From NCBI GenBank assembly GCA_018716875.1, contig DVJJ01000078.1, positions 1,275 to 65,274 of the forward strand: 64,000 nt of DNA, given 5' to 3'. Shown in pieces: positions 7,752 to 17,911 of the stretch. Position numbers and translations under genes: made by a program. The notes beneath the pieces were generated by a model that had not been told where the DNA came from, did not search any database, and saw only the letters and a list, made by a program, of their open reading frames with translations. This stretch comes from Candidatus Avoscillospira avistercoris. Its GTDB lineage: Bacteria; Bacillota; Clostridia; Oscillospirales; Oscillospiraceae. Positions within the stretch are counted from its first letter, which is position 1. The number at the start of each line of letters is the position of its first letter.

Positions 7752-8927
7752 ATGGATTATGCACAGAAATCTCTGGAACTCCATGGTCAATGGAAGGGTA
7801 AATTGGAAGTGGTCCCCCGCGTGCCCGTCGGCACCCGCGAAGACCTGTCCCTGGCTTATACCCCCGGCGTGGCCCAGCCCTGCCTGGAGATCCAGAAGGA
7901 CGTCAACAAGAGCTATGACCTGACCCGCCGTCACAACCTGTGCGCCGTCATCACCGACGGCAGCGCCGTGCTGGGTCTGGGCGACATCGGCCCCGAGGCC
8001 GGTATGCCCGTCATGGAGGGTAAGTGCGTGCTGTTCAAGGCCTTCGGCGACGTGGATGCCTTCCCCCTCTGTGTCAAGACTAAGGACGTGGACGAGTTCG
8101 TAAACACCGTTTATATGATTTCCGGCAGCTTCGGCGGCATCAATCTGGAGGATATCGCCGCGCCCCGCTGCTTTGAGATTGAACGCAAGCTGAAAGAGAA
8201 GTGCGACATTCCGATTTTCCACGACGACCAGCACGGCACCGCTGTGATCACCCTGGCCGGTCTGCTGAACGCCCTGAAGATTGTGGACAAGAAGATTGAC
8301 GAGATCAAGGTTGTTGTCTCCGGCGCCGGTGCCGCCGCCATCTCCATCACCAAGCTGCTCATGTCCGCCGGTGTCAAGAACGCCATTCTCTGCGACCGCA
8401 AGGGCGCTATCTACAATGGCCGTACCGAGAACATGAACTGGATCAAGGAAGAAATGGCCCAGACCACCAACCCCAACATGGAGAAGGGCTCTCTGGCAGA
8501 TGTCATTGTGGGCGCCGATGTGTTTGTGGGCGTGTCCGGCCCCGGCACCCTGACTACGGAAATGGTCAAGACCATGAACCGTGACGCCATCATCTTTGCC
8601 TGCGCCAACCCCACCCCTGAGATCTTCCCCGACGACGCCAAGGCCGGCGGCGCCAAGGTTATCGCCACGGGCCGCAGCGACTTCCCCAACCAGATCAACA
8701 ACGTGCTGGCCTTCCCCGGCATCTTCCGCGGCACCTTCGACGTCCGCGCCAGCGATATCAACGAGGAAATGAAGATGGCCGCCGCCAAGGCTCTGGCCGA
8801 CCTCATCACCGATGAGGAGCTGAACCCCGATTACATCATTCCCGCCGCGTTCGACAAGCGCGTGGGTCCCGCCGTGGCCAAGGCTGTGGCTGACGCTGCC
8901 CGCAAGTCCGGCGTTGCCCGCCTGTAA
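7752..8927 (+). CDS. NAD(P)-dependent malic enzyme
   Basis: LSLAYTPGVA, GGINLEDI, FHDDQHGTA, ATGRSDFPNQINNVLAFPG. Confidence 0.96.
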   Translation: MDYAQKSLELHGQWKGKLEVVPRVPVGTREDLSLAYTPGVAQPCLEIQKDVNKSYDLTRRHNLCAVITDGSAVLGLGDIGPEAGMPVMEGKCVLFKAFGDVDAFPLCVKTKDVDEFVNTVYMISGSFGGINLEDIAAPRCFEIERKLKEKCDIPIFHDDQHGTAVITLAGLLNALKIVDKKIDEIKVVVSGAGAAAISITKLLMSAGVKNAILCDRKGAIYNGRTENMNWIKEEMAQTTNPNMEKGSLADVIVGADVFVGVSGPGTLTTEMVKTMNRDAIIFACANPTPEIFPDDAKAGGAKVIATGRSDFPNQINNVLAFPGIFRGTFDVRASDINEEMKMAAAKALADLITDEELNPDYIIPAAFDKRVGPAVAKAVADAARKSGVARL

Positions 8928-8957
8928 GACGGAACCGGCTTCCATACTGCCTGTGTT

Positions 8958-8996
8958 TCAAAACCGCCGTTGGAGGGTTCTCCAACGGCGGTTTTC
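8958..8996 (+). terminator. Rho-independent terminator
   Basis: aaaaccgccgttggag-ggtt-ctccaacggcggtttt. Confidence 0.75.
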
Positions 8997-9067
8997 TACG
9001 AGTTTCTCTGGTTTTTTTACACAATGTATGGTAAAATTGTGGTACTATCGCACAAAGGAGAGCACCT

Positions 9068-11227
9068 ATGCAGACCATTGCAGAGCGTTTGGCCCAAGAG
9101 CTGAACCAATCCCTTTCCCATGTGGAAAACGTTATCGCCCTGCTGGACGAGGGCAACACCATCCCCTTTATCGCCCGTTATCGCAAGGAGATGCACGGGG
9201 CCATGGATGACCAGACCATCCGGGACCTGGCCGAACGGCTCCAGTACCTCCGCAATCTGGAGGAGCGGCGCGGGGAGGTCAAATCGGCCATTGAAGCCCA
9301 GGGAAAGCTGACGGAAGAGCTGGCCGCCGCCATCGACACCGCCCAAACTCTGGCCGAGGTGGAGGACTTGTACCGTCCCTACAAGCAGAAGCGCCGGACC
9401 CGTGCCACGGTGGCCCGAGAGAAGGGGTTGGAACCCCTGGCCCGGACCATTTTCGACCAGGAGAAGGGGACACCGGCCCCGGAGGCTCTGGCCACCGCGT
9501 ACATCGATACGGAAAAAGGCGTGGAGACGTTGGAGGACGCCCTGGCCGGTGCATCGGATATCATTGCCGAATGGATTTCTGATGACGCCGATATCCGCAA
9601 GGTCCTGCGCCAGCAGATGATGCAGCGTGGCCAGATGGGGACCAAGGCCGCCAAGGAGGATACGGACTCCGTCTACCGCCTGTACTACGACTTCAACCAG
9701 CCCCTCCATAAGCTGCAAAGCCACCAGATTTTGGCCATCAACCGGGGCGAAAAAGAGGAATTTCTGAAAGTTTCCGTGGACGCGGACCGGGAGCAAAGTC
9801 TCCGGACCATCTTCCGCTCCGTGGTGGTACCCGGCTCGTCGGCCATGGCCTTTGTCCGGGCCGCCGCGGAGGACGCCTATGACCGGCTGTTGGAGCCGTC
9901 CATGGAGCGGGAAATCCGCAACGCTCTGACGGAGACGGCCAACGAGGCCGCCATTCATAATTTTGCGCTGAATCTGAAACCGCTGCTGCTCCAGCCCCCC
10001 GTCAAGGGCAAGGTCACCATGGGTCTCGACCCCGGCTACCGCAACGGCTGTAAGGTGGCCGTGGTGGACGGCACAGGTCGGGTTCTCGATACTGCTGTGG
10101 TCTATCCCACTTTTTCCGAGAAGAAAAAGGAGGAGGCCATCACCATTCTGTCGGGGCTGGTGAAAAAGCACGGCGTGGAGCATTTGGCCATCGGCAACGG
10201 CACGGCGTCGAGAGAGACGGAGCAGATGGCCGTGGAACTGATTCGCCGTATGGGCGGGGGCCTTTCCTATATGATGGTCAACGAAGCAGGCGCGTCGGTG
10301 TATTCAGCATCCAAGCTGGCCGCCGAGGAGTTTCCACAGTTTGACGTGAATTTGCGGTCCGCCGTGTCCATTGCCCGCAGGTTGCAGGACCCGCTGGCGG
10401 AACTGGTGAAAATCGAGCCGAAAGCCATCGGCGTGGGCCAGTATCAGCACGATATGCCCGAGAAGCAGCTGGACGCGGTGCTGGGCGGCGTGGTGGAAGA
10501 CTGCGTCAACGCCGTGGGCGTGGATGTGAACACAGCGTCGGCACCTCTGCTGAAACAGGTGGCGGGTCTGACGGCCACCACCGCTAAAAATATTGTGGCC
10601 TACCGGGAGGAAAACGGACCGTTCACCAGCCGGAAACAGCTGTTGAAAGTGCCCAAGCTGGGTCCCAAAGCCTTTGAACAGTGCGCCGGTTTTCTGCGTG
10701 TGCCGGAGAGTAAGCAGGTCCTCGACCATACTGCCGTCCATCCGGAGAGCTACGATGCCGCCGAAAAGCTGCTGACCCTCTGCGGCTATACCGCCGCCGA
10801 CGTGGGCACCGCCGCTATTGACCAGCTGCCCCAACGGTTGAAAGCGGTGGGCGAGGAGAAAGCCGCCGCCGCCTGCGGCGTGGGCGTGCCCACGTTGCGG
10901 GACGTGGCCGCCGAGCTGTGCAAACCGGGCCGGGACCCCCGCGACGAGCTGCCCGCCCCCATTCTCCGTACCGATGTATTGGAAATGAAGGACTTAAAGC
11001 CCGGTATGGTCCTGAGCGGCACGGTCCGCAATGTCATCGACTTCGGCGTGTTCGTGGATATCGGCGTCCATCAGGACGGTCTGGTCCATATCTCCCAGGT
11101 CTGCAATAAGTTTATCAAACACCCGTCGGAGGTGGTCGCCGTAGGCGACGTGGTGAAAGTGGCGGTCCTGGAGGTGGATGAAAAGCGGAAACGCATCAGC
11201 CTGACCATGAAGGGCGTCGAAAACTGA
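9068..11227 (+). CDS. tex: Tex-family transcription accessory protein with S1 domain
   Basis: GNTIPFIARYRKE, GLDPGYRNGCK, EAGASVYSAS, C-terminal S1 domain. Confidence 0.96.
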   Translation: MQTIAERLAQELNQSLSHVENVIALLDEGNTIPFIARYRKEMHGAMDDQTIRDLAERLQYLRNLEERRGEVKSAIEAQGKLTEELAAAIDTAQTLAEVEDLYRPYKQKRRTRATVAREKGLEPLARTIFDQEKGTPAPEALATAYIDTEKGVETLEDALAGASDIIAEWISDDADIRKVLRQQMMQRGQMGTKAAKEDTDSVYRLYYDFNQPLHKLQSHQILAINRGEKEEFLKVSVDADREQSLRTIFRSVVVPGSSAMAFVRAAAEDAYDRLLEPSMEREIRNALTETANEAAIHNFALNLKPLLLQPPVKGKVTMGLDPGYRNGCKVAVVDGTGRVLDTAVVYPTFSEKKKEEAITILSGLVKKHGVEHLAIGNGTASRETEQMAVELIRRMGGGLSYMMVNEAGASVYSASKLAAEEFPQFDVNLRSAVSIARRLQDPLAELVKIEPKAIGVGQYQHDMPEKQLDAVLGGVVEDCVNAVGVDVNTASAPLLKQVAGLTATTAKNIVAYREENGPFTSRKQLLKVPKLGPKAFEQCAGFLRVPESKQVLDHTAVHPESYDAAEKLLTLCGYTAADVGTAAIDQLPQRLKAVGEEKAAAACGVGVPTLRDVAAELCKPGRDPRDELPAPILRTDVLEMKDLKPGMVLSGTVRNVIDFGVFVDIGVHQDGLVHISQVCNKFIKHPSEVVAVGDVVKVAVLEVDEKRKRISLTMKGVEN

Positions 11228-11292
11228 CACCATAAAAAATAACAGAACTGACCGTTTCAAAGCGGTCAGTTCTTTGCTATGATGGTGACACT
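11221..11292. promoter_or_regulatory. Inverted repeats between tex and ECF gene (terminator and/or MocR/PdxR-like operator)
   Basis: agaactgaccg-tttcaaag-cggtcagttct, flanked by ctgacaccat / atggtgacac. Confidence 0.4.
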
Positions 11293-11317
11293 TCAGAGAA
11301 ACAAAGGAGTCTTTCCC

Positions 11318-11917
11318 ATGAAACAGTCCTATCTCAGCTTGTAGCGGGTCACGGCCATTGCCATGCTGGCGGCTATGTCCTATGTGGTGTTCACCTTTCT
11401 GCAAATCAAAATCAGCCTGCCCGGCGGCGACGCCACCTCCATTCATTTGGGCAACGCCGTCTGTGTCTTGGGCGCACTGCTTATGGGTGGTCTGGCCGGT
11501 GGTCTCGGCGGCGCCATTGGTATGACCATCGGAGACCTGTTCGACCCGGTCTATGTGATTTACGCCCCCAAAACGTTCCTTTTGAAATTGTGCATCGGCC
11601 TGATTACCGGCTTTGTGGCCCATAAGCTGGGGCGCATCAGCGAAAGCAATGACCCCCGCCATATCCTCCGCTGGTCGGCGCTGGCAGCGGCGGCGGGATT
11701 GCTGTTCAATGTGATTTTTGATCCTCTGGTGGGTTACTTCTATAAGCTGGTGATTCTGGGCAAGCCTGCCGCTGAGGTGACGCTGGCCTGGAATGTGGCG
11801 TCTACTTCCATCAATGCAGTGATTTCCGCCGTTGCCGCCGTAGCGATTTACGCGGCGCTGCGTCCGGCATTGCGCCGGGCGGGACTGGCCCAAAAGCTGG
11901 AGCCCCACCGTGCCTGA
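11318..11917 (+). CDS. ECF transporter S component (PdxU2-like); in-frame TAG at codon 9, possible pseudogene or restart at 11363
   Basis: IHLGNAVCVLGALL.GG..GGLGGAIGMTIGDL S-component motif; AAGGAG RBS precedes ATG 11318; TAG at 11342-11344 is in frame with ATG 11363. Confidence 0.8.
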
Positions 11918-11928
11918 CGCACCCAAAA

Positions 11929-12137
11929 TAAAAAGTTTTTGTCAACTTTTTTCAAAAAGTTGCAGGGGTCCAGGGGGCAGCGCCCCCGGTCGCGCCCGCT
12001 GCAGAGGGCGAAACACCCGCGCCGCGCACGGCGCGAAATCCCCTGTCGTCCCAAGCGCCATCCGCAGATGGCGCAATCCCCGGCCAACGGCCAAAGCCAC
12101 CGTCCCCACCCCAAAGCGGGTGGCGGACGGTGGCTTT
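11929..12137 (-). repeat. Family I repeat, copy B (inverted orientation, divergent)
   Basis: Reverse complement has the same modules, with compensatory changes (CAACTTTTTGAAAAAAGTTG end). Confidence 0.88.
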
Positions 12138-12149
12138 CTGCGTACCATC

Positions 12150-12794
12150 TTAAAATTCCTTCCGGTTGTAAATCCCCAGCGAAATCACATACGAAACCAC
12201 AAACGCGCCCACGGCCAAACTACAGAACAGCACCGGCAATGCCTGTACCAGACCGGCGGGAATCTCCGGCAGTACCATACCGTTGTCCCAGAGATTTTCC
12301 AGCAGCAGCGCCCCGCCGAAAATCACCACAAAGACGGTCATACTGATTACACGGGCCTTTTCCGCGCCGTATTTCAACAAAAAGGGGAGAATGACAGCGT
12401 TGAGCAGCAGTGTTACGGCGGCACAGCTGAGGGCAACCACAAGATTCTCCGTCAGCGTTTGTTTCGACAGACCCGCCAGAGACAGGCCCACCATCAGGAG
12501 CACGGCAAAGATGGAGCTGACAACAATTACCAGAGCCGTAAAGACATATTTTCCGGCCACCACGCCCCGGCGTCCGGCGGGGGTGGCGACGGCGTAACGG
12601 TCCCAGCGGGCCGCGTCATCCAGGGCCACGGAGGACATGGGAATGGTCATGCCCATAACGGTTACCAGTGCCCCCAGAATGGACACATCGAACACTCCGG
12701 CTACGGTCAAAGCGCCATAGGCCAGAAGGAACATCAGCAGGGTGGTCAGCTGCTTTTTTAATGTCATGCAATCCTTGTAAACCAGACCAATCAT
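12150..12794 (-). CDS. ABC-2 transporter permease
   Basis: About 6 TM; MIGLVYKD start; P..R..VV.GKY motif. Confidence 0.85.
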   Translation of the reverse strand: MIGLVYKDCMTLKKQLTTLLMFLLAYGALTVAGVFDVSILGALVTVMGMTIPMSSVALDDAARWDRYAVATPAGRRGVVAGKYVFTALVIVVSSIFAVLLMVGLSLAGLSKQTLTENLVVALSCAAVTLLLNAVILPFLLKYGAEKARVISMTVFVVIFGGALLLENLWDNGMVLPEIPAGLVQALPVLFCSLAVGAFVVSYVISLGIYNRKEF

Positions 12795-13648
12795 CGTACC
12801 GTCTCCTTTTCCGTTAATACCATGATTTCATCCAACGTTGCCGGGTCCACAGTCAGTTCCGGATACCGCCGCATAAAGGCGTGGCGGTCCTTCACCAGTG
12901 CTTCACAGCCGAATTGTCCCACCCGGATGCCGCCCAGCAGGGAGCGGTCCACCCGGTCCAAATCGGACCGGCCGCAAATCAGTTTGCCGTAGGTGTCCAA
13001 AAGTTCGTCCTTGGCCCCGGTCAGCGCCACCCTGCCATGGTGGAGGTAGGTCACATAGTCGGCGGCCTTTTCCAAATCGCTGGTGATGTGGCTGGAGATC
13101 AGCACCGCGTGGGTCTCGTCCTGAATAAATTCGAGAAATTCGTCGAGAATCTCATCCCGTACCACCGGGTCCAGCCCGGCGGTGGCCTCGTCCAGCAGCA
13201 GCAATTTTGGTTTGGCGGCAAAGGCAGCGGCAAGAGACAATTTCATTTTCATTCCCCGGGAAAAGGACTTGATGGGGGCGGTTTCCGGCAGGTCAAATTT
13301 TTTCAGATATGTCTCATAGCACCGCCGATCCCAGTTGGGATAGATGCGGCGCAGGCTCTTGCCTACCTGAGCCGGGGTCAGCGCCTCGTGGAACAAAGAT
13401 TCATCCAGCACCACGCCAATCTGAGACTTGACGGCTTTTTCGTCCCTGCGGTGGTCCAGGCCGAACACCCGGATGGTACCGGCGTCGGGCCGGACCAAAT
13501 CGAGAATACATTTGATGGTGGTGGATTTTCCGGCGCCGTTTTCACCGATCAGCCCCATGATGGTGCCGCCGGGCACCGTTATGGAAACGTCGTCCAGTTT
13601 GAACGTGCCGTAATCCTTGGTCAGATGGGAAATTTCCAATGCGTTCAC
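12791..13648 (-). CDS. ABC transporter ATP-binding protein (YtrB-like)
   Basis: GENGAGKST, FSRGMKMK, LLLDEATAGLD. Confidence 0.92.
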   Translation of the reverse strand: MNALEISHLTKDYGTFKLDDVSITVPGGTIMGLIGENGAGKSTTIKCILDLVRPDAGTIRVFGLDHRRDEKAVKSQIGVVLDESLFHEALTPAQVGKSLRRIYPNWDRRCYETYLKKFDLPETAPIKSFSRGMKMKLSLAAAFAAKPKLLLLDEATAGLDPVVRDEILDEFLEFIQDETHAVLISSHITSDLEKAADYVTYLHHGRVALTGAKDELLDTYGKLICGRSDLDRVDRSLLGGIRVGQFGCEALVKDRHAFMRRYPELTVDPATLDEIMVLTEKETVR

Positions 13649-13654
13649 AATGAA

Positions 13655-14029
13655 TTACTCCTCTCCATACAGAAGGCTGAGGGTTTCGGTCAGCTCGGCC
13701 AGGGAGACGCCGCCGGTTTTGGCGATGTCCACGGCCTGGGACAGATGTTCCTCGGCCCGCCGCAGCGTCTCTTCGTGGACCAACTCCAGATTGCGGGGGG
13801 CCACAAAACACCCCTTGCCGGGGACGGTGGTGATAAATCCGTCCCGTTCCAATTCCTCATAGGCCCGCTTGGTGGTGATGACGGAAATGCGCAGCTCCTT
13901 GGCCAGCAGCCGCATGGAGGGCAGGGCCTCGCCCTCCCGCAGCTCCCCCCGCAGAATCAGGCCCTTGATCTGCCGGGTGATCTGGTCATAGATGGGCACG
14001 CCGCCGGAATTGCTGATGATGATATCCAT
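13655..14029 (-). CDS. GntR-family (YtrA subfamily) regulator
   Basis: PIYDQI..QI, LPSMRLLAKELRISVITTKRAYEELE; RBS GAGGTG before ATG 14029. Confidence 0.92.
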   Translation of the reverse strand: MDIIISNSGGVPIYDQITRQIKGLILRGELREGEALPSMRLLAKELRISVITTKRAYEELERDGFITTVPGKGCFVAPRNLELVHEETLRRAEEHLSQAVDIAKTGGVSLAELTETLSLLYGEE

Positions 14030-14050
14030 GGTGCACCTCGTGATGTCATA

Positions 14051-14094
14051 TTGTATATACTTGACATATACAGTAATACCACATAGATACACAG
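14051..14094. promoter_or_regulatory. Putative YtrA-type operator
   Basis: TGTATATACTTGACATATACA imperfect palindrome just upstream of the GntR gene. Confidence 0.55.
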
Positions 14095-14114
14095 CTGTCA
14101 AGGGGGAGGGAGAA

Positions 14115-14297
14115 AAAAGGCCGCCGTCCGCCACCCGCATGGGGGTGGGGACGGCGGCCTTGCGGCATTGCCGCAGGGGTTGCGCCATCTGCGGATGGCG
14201 CTGGGGACATATAGAGAGTTTCGCGCCTTGCGAGGCGCGACCAGAGGCGCTGCCTCTGGACTCCGCGATTTTTTGAAAAAAATCGAGTAAAACTTTT
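14115..14297 (+). repeat. Family I repeat, copy C (one hairpin module fewer)
   Basis: Same first hairpin, GCGCCATCTGCGGATGGCGC and terminal motif as copy A. Confidence 0.9.
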
Positions 14298-14305
14298 CAA
14301 TTTTC

Positions 14306-17047
14306 TTACAACAGCTGGCCGTAACGGCGGACATAGAGATTTTTCAGCAGTGTCGCCAGGGCCATATACAGCAGAATGCAGGGAACCAGATAGGCGAAGT
14401 ACATAGCGGGCAGGGCGTTGAATCCGATGGCCGCGCCGAACGCCGTAAAGGGTACCAGCGTCAGCAGGGCAATGCCCATTCCAGTGAGCACCGTCACAGG
14501 AGCCGAAGCCCGGCTCTGGATAAAGGGCAGCTTGGGGGTACGGATCATATGAATGACCAACGTCTGGCTCCACATGGACTCCACAAACCAACCGGCCTGG
14601 AACAAAGCCACATAATGCTGCTGCATGGCTGCCAGCTCCGCACCGGAGAAGTGGCTGGAAAGCTGATGGAAGGGGATGCCGTGGGATACCACCAGGGGGC
14701 AGATAAAGAAGTACAGCACCGCGTAGGTCAGCAGATCAAAGGTGGAGCTGACGGGACCCATCCACACCATGAACCGGCCCACGGAATTGGCGTCCCAGGT
14801 CCGGGGCTGGGCAATGAATTCCTCGTCCACATGGTCCCAGGGAATGGCCGTGCAGGACAGGTCATAGACCAGATTCAGCAGAATCAACTGCAAGCTGGCC
14901 ATGGGCAGGAAGGGCAGCAGCGCCGAAGCCGCCAGCACAGAGAACATATTGCCGAAGTTGGAAGACGCCGTCATCTTAATGTATTTGATCATGTTGGCGT
15001 ACGTCTTGCGGCCCTCGAGAATGCCGTCCTCCAGCACCATCAAATCCTTTTGCAGGAGAATCAGGTCGGCGGCCTCTTTCGCCACGTCCACCGCCGTATC
15101 GACGCTGATACCAATGTCAGCTTCCTGCATGGCGGCGGCGTCGTTGATGCCGTCGCCCAGATGGCCCACCGTGTGACCGTTGGCCCGGAGCGCCTGAACG
15201 ATGCGGGTTTTCTGGGCGGGGGACAGCTTGGCAAATACCGTGGTAGTTTCTACCGCACGGGCCAAGGTCTTGTCGTCCATGGCCTCGATATCGCTGCCCA
15301 GCAGCAGATGGTCCACCGGCAATCCCACCTGACGGCACACCGTGGCCGTCACCTTGTCATTGTCGCCGGTCAGGACCTTGACGGCCACACCATGGGCCGC
15401 CATGGCGGCAATGGCCGCAGCAGCGGACTCCTTGGGGGGGTCCAGGAATGCCAGATAGCCCAGCAGCACCATGTCCTGCTCGTCGGCCACGCCGAATGCA
15501 TCCACCGGGGAGGGGTTGCTCTTCTGTGCCAGAGCCAGCACCCGAAAGCCCTTGTCGTTCAGGGATGCCACCGTGTCCAGAATCCGGCGGCGCAGCTCCT
15601 CGTCCAGGGGCCGAACTGCGCCGTCACACTCCGCATAGGCGCAGACGGAGAGCATCTCCTCCACAGCCCCCTTGGTCACCATCTGGGTTTTGCCCTGACG
15701 GTCCCGGACCACCGTGGTCAGACGGCGGCGCTGGAAGTCGAAGGGAATCTCGTCCATCTTCTCGTAGGCTTCGGACAGGTCTGTGAGCCGGGGATCAGCA
15801 GCTTCCGATTCTTCCGTTTTGCGGATAATCGCCAAATCCATAAGGTTTTTATATCCGGTCTGGAAATAGCTGTTCAGGTAGGCGTGACGCAGCACCCGCA
15901 GGTCCTCCCGGCCTTCCACGTTCCAGTGGTATTCCAGAACCACTTCGTCCCGGGTCAGCGTACCGGTTTTGTCGGTGCACAGCACATCCATGGCGCCGAA
16001 ATTCTGAATGGCATTGAGATTTTTCACAATGACCTGCCGCCGTCCCATGACCACCGCGCCTTTGGCCAGGCAGGTGGTGACAATCATAGGCAGCATCTCC
16101 GGCGTCAGACCCACGGCCACGGAGATGGCGAACAGGAAGGCCGACAGCCAGTTGCCCTTGGTCAGCCCCGTCAGCACAAAGACCAGCGGCACCATGACCA
16201 GCATAAAGCGGATCAGGACCTTGGACACGGCGTTGATGCCACGGGTGAAGCTGCTCTCGGTGGGCTCCTTGGACAGGCTGGCGGCAATGGCGCCGAACTG
16301 CGTTTCGCCGCCGACTGCCAGTACCACGGCGGTCGCCGTGCCGGACACGACACTACTGCCCTGGAGGGCCAAATTTTCGCATTCTGCGGCGCTCTTGTAG
16401 GCGGGAAGCGCTGCCGCCGTCTTTTCGATGGGGGCGCTCTCACCGGTGAGACCGGCCTGGCTGACGAAGCAGTCCCGGGCCTCCAGAATGCGGACGTCGG
16501 CGGGAATCAGATCGCCCACGGACAGGTGAATGATATCGCCCACCACCAGCTCTTCCAGGGGCAACTCCTGCCGCTCTGCGCCGTCGCGGGTGACGGTGCA
16601 GGTGGTGGTAATCATGGCCAGGAGCTTTTCCGAGGCGTTGGAGCTGCGGCGCTCCTGGACAAACCGCAGAATGCCGGAAATGGTCACCATGCTCAGAATG
16701 ATGATGACCGTAATGGGGTCGAATTCCTCCGGCGTGCTGCCGAACAGCGAGAACCGGGGAAAAATCATGTCGGTGACAGTGGACACCAGGGCCAGGCAAA
16801 ACAGAATCGCCGTAAAGGGATTGACAAAGGCGCTCCACAGCTGATGAAACAGGGAGGGGCGGCTGCTGCGCTCCATGGTGTTGGGGCCGTACTGGGTACG
16901 GCTTTCCGTGACTGCCTCAGGCGTGAGGCCGGAAAGGGCGGTGTGCAGGTGCTCCAGCACCGCACGGGAGGGGTTGGTGGCTGCGAATTGCAGCCGCATG
17001 GCCTGCTGGCCGGCACGGACAGCAGGTGTGTTCATAATTCTCTTCAT
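14306..17047 (-). CDS. mgtA: Magnesium-translocating P-type ATPase
   Basis: [38 protein letters not shown]. Confidence 0.95.
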   Translation of the reverse strand: MKRIMNTPAVRAGQQAMRLQFAATNPSRAVLEHLHTALSGLTPEAVTESRTQYGPNTMERSSRPSLFHQLWSAFVNPFTAILFCLALVSTVTDMIFPRFSLFGSTPEEFDPITVIIILSMVTISGILRFVQERRSSNASEKLLAMITTTCTVTRDGAERQELPLEELVVGDIIHLSVGDLIPADVRILEARDCFVSQAGLTGESAPIEKTAAALPAYKSAAECENLALQGSSVVSGTATAVVLAVGGETQFGAIAASLSKEPTESSFTRGINAVSKVLIRFMLVMVPLVFVLTGLTKGNWLSAFLFAISVAVGLTPEMLPMIVTTCLAKGAVVMGRRQVIVKNLNAIQNFGAMDVLCTDKTGTLTRDEVVLEYHWNVEGREDLRVLRHAYLNSYFQTGYKNLMDLAIIRKTEESEAADPRLTDLSEAYEKMDEIPFDFQRRRLTTVVRDRQGKTQMVTKGAVEEMLSVCAYAECDGAVRPLDEELRRRILDTVASLNDKGFRVLALAQKSNPSPVDAFGVADEQDMVLLGYLAFLDPPKESAAAAIAAMAAHGVAVKVLTGDNDKVTATVCRQVGLPVDHLLLGSDIEAMDDKTLARAVETTTVFAKLSPAQKTRIVQALRANGHTVGHLGDGINDAAAMQEADIGISVDTAVDVAKEAADLILLQKDLMVLEDGILEGRKTYANMIKYIKMTASSNFGNMFSVLAASALLPFLPMASLQLILLNLVYDLSCTAIPWDHVDEEFIAQPRTWDANSVGRFMVWMGPVSSTFDLLTYAVLYFFICPLVVSHGIPFHQLSSHFSGAELAAMQQHYVALFQAGWFVESMWSQTLVIHMIRTPKLPFIQSRASAPVTVLTGMGIALLTLVPFTAFGAAIGFNALPAMYFAYLVPCILLYMALATLLKNLYVRRYGQLL

Positions 17048-17168
17048 TGGTCGTTTCCTCCGTTCCGTAAGATCGGCGGCAGAAACGAGCGGCGCGGCCC
17101 ATGGGCGCCCAAAGGCCGTGTCGTGGCTTCGGCCGCATACTGTGACTGCTACTTCTGTCGTTGTCCAT
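16917..17168 (-). other. Candidate mgtA leader ORF (83 codons, overlaps the mgtA start out of frame)
   Basis: Strong RBS GAAGGAGGTG directly before ATG 17168. Confidence 0.35.
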
Positions 17169-17314
17169 GGTTCGCACCTCCTTCAGAGATTGAAAAATGC
17201 ATGGTTTGCGTTGGCGGTTGACGCCAAATTCTGCGGTCTTGTTTCAGACCATAGCCAGCTTAGCGAATTTACAGGAATTTGCCCATGGCAAAATCCTTGC
17301 AATTTTCTTGCGAT

Positions 17315-17815
17315 TCAGAAACCATCCACCAGGCGGTAACCCACGCCCCAGACCGTGAGCAGATGGACCGGTGCGTCGGGATTGGGTTCAATTTTCCGGC
17401 GCAGCTTGTGGATAAAGGCCATAATATTGCTCTCGTCCATGTAGTAGGGGTCGCCCCAGACGGCCTGATAAATCTGCTCTTTTGTAAAAACTTGTCCGGG
17501 TTTTTGCATTAAAAGCAGGAGAATATCAAACTCTTTTGGGGTCAGCAGTAATTCCGCGCCCTCCTTGAGAACCCGGTGGCTGCTGGGGTACATGGTCAGC
17601 GGACCGCAGACCAGCCGCTCCTCCGGAACAATGGCCGGTGTGTCCGCGGGCAGCAGTTCCATCATCAGAGAGGACACATGTCCCTGCTGTAAATCGGACA
17701 TGGCCTCATGGAGCTCCGCCGCGCCGGAAAGGGTGGCGGGAGCGTGTTCCAGCTGGGCCAGAAGCCAGCGGTGCAGGGCTGGTTCCAGTTTGAGAAATTC
17801 CATTCTTTGCTTCAT
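17315..17815 (-). CDS. OmpR/PhoB-type winged-helix DNA-binding protein lacking a receiver domain
   Basis: LTPKEFDILLLL..PGQVFTKEQIY..VW..HKLRRKIEP..TVWGVGYR; short non-REC N-terminus; RBS GGAGGTG. Confidence 0.85.
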   Translation of the reverse strand: MKQRMEFLKLEPALHRWLLAQLEHAPATLSGAAELHEAMSDLQQGHVSSLMMELLPADTPAIVPEERLVCGPLTMYPSSHRVLKEGAELLLTPKEFDILLLLMQKPGQVFTKEQIYQAVWGDPYYMDESNIMAFIHKLRRKIEPNPDAPVHLLTVWGVGYRLVDGF

Positions 17816-17868
17816 GAGGCACCTCCAGTTCCGGCGGCAACGCCGCCTGTACTTTTGTTAAGTGAAGT

Positions 17869-17911
17869 AAAAAACGAGGGAGTTGTCCGTCCGGACAAAC
17901 CCCTCGTTTTA
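17869..17911. terminator. Bidirectional terminator-like hairpin
   Basis: aaaacgaggg-ag-ttgtcc..ggacaa-ac-ccctcgtttt. Confidence 0.55.

Noticed and set aside
11342-11344. Genome-wide TAG reassignment
   Set aside because: Several genes in the window end at TAG at their expected lengths
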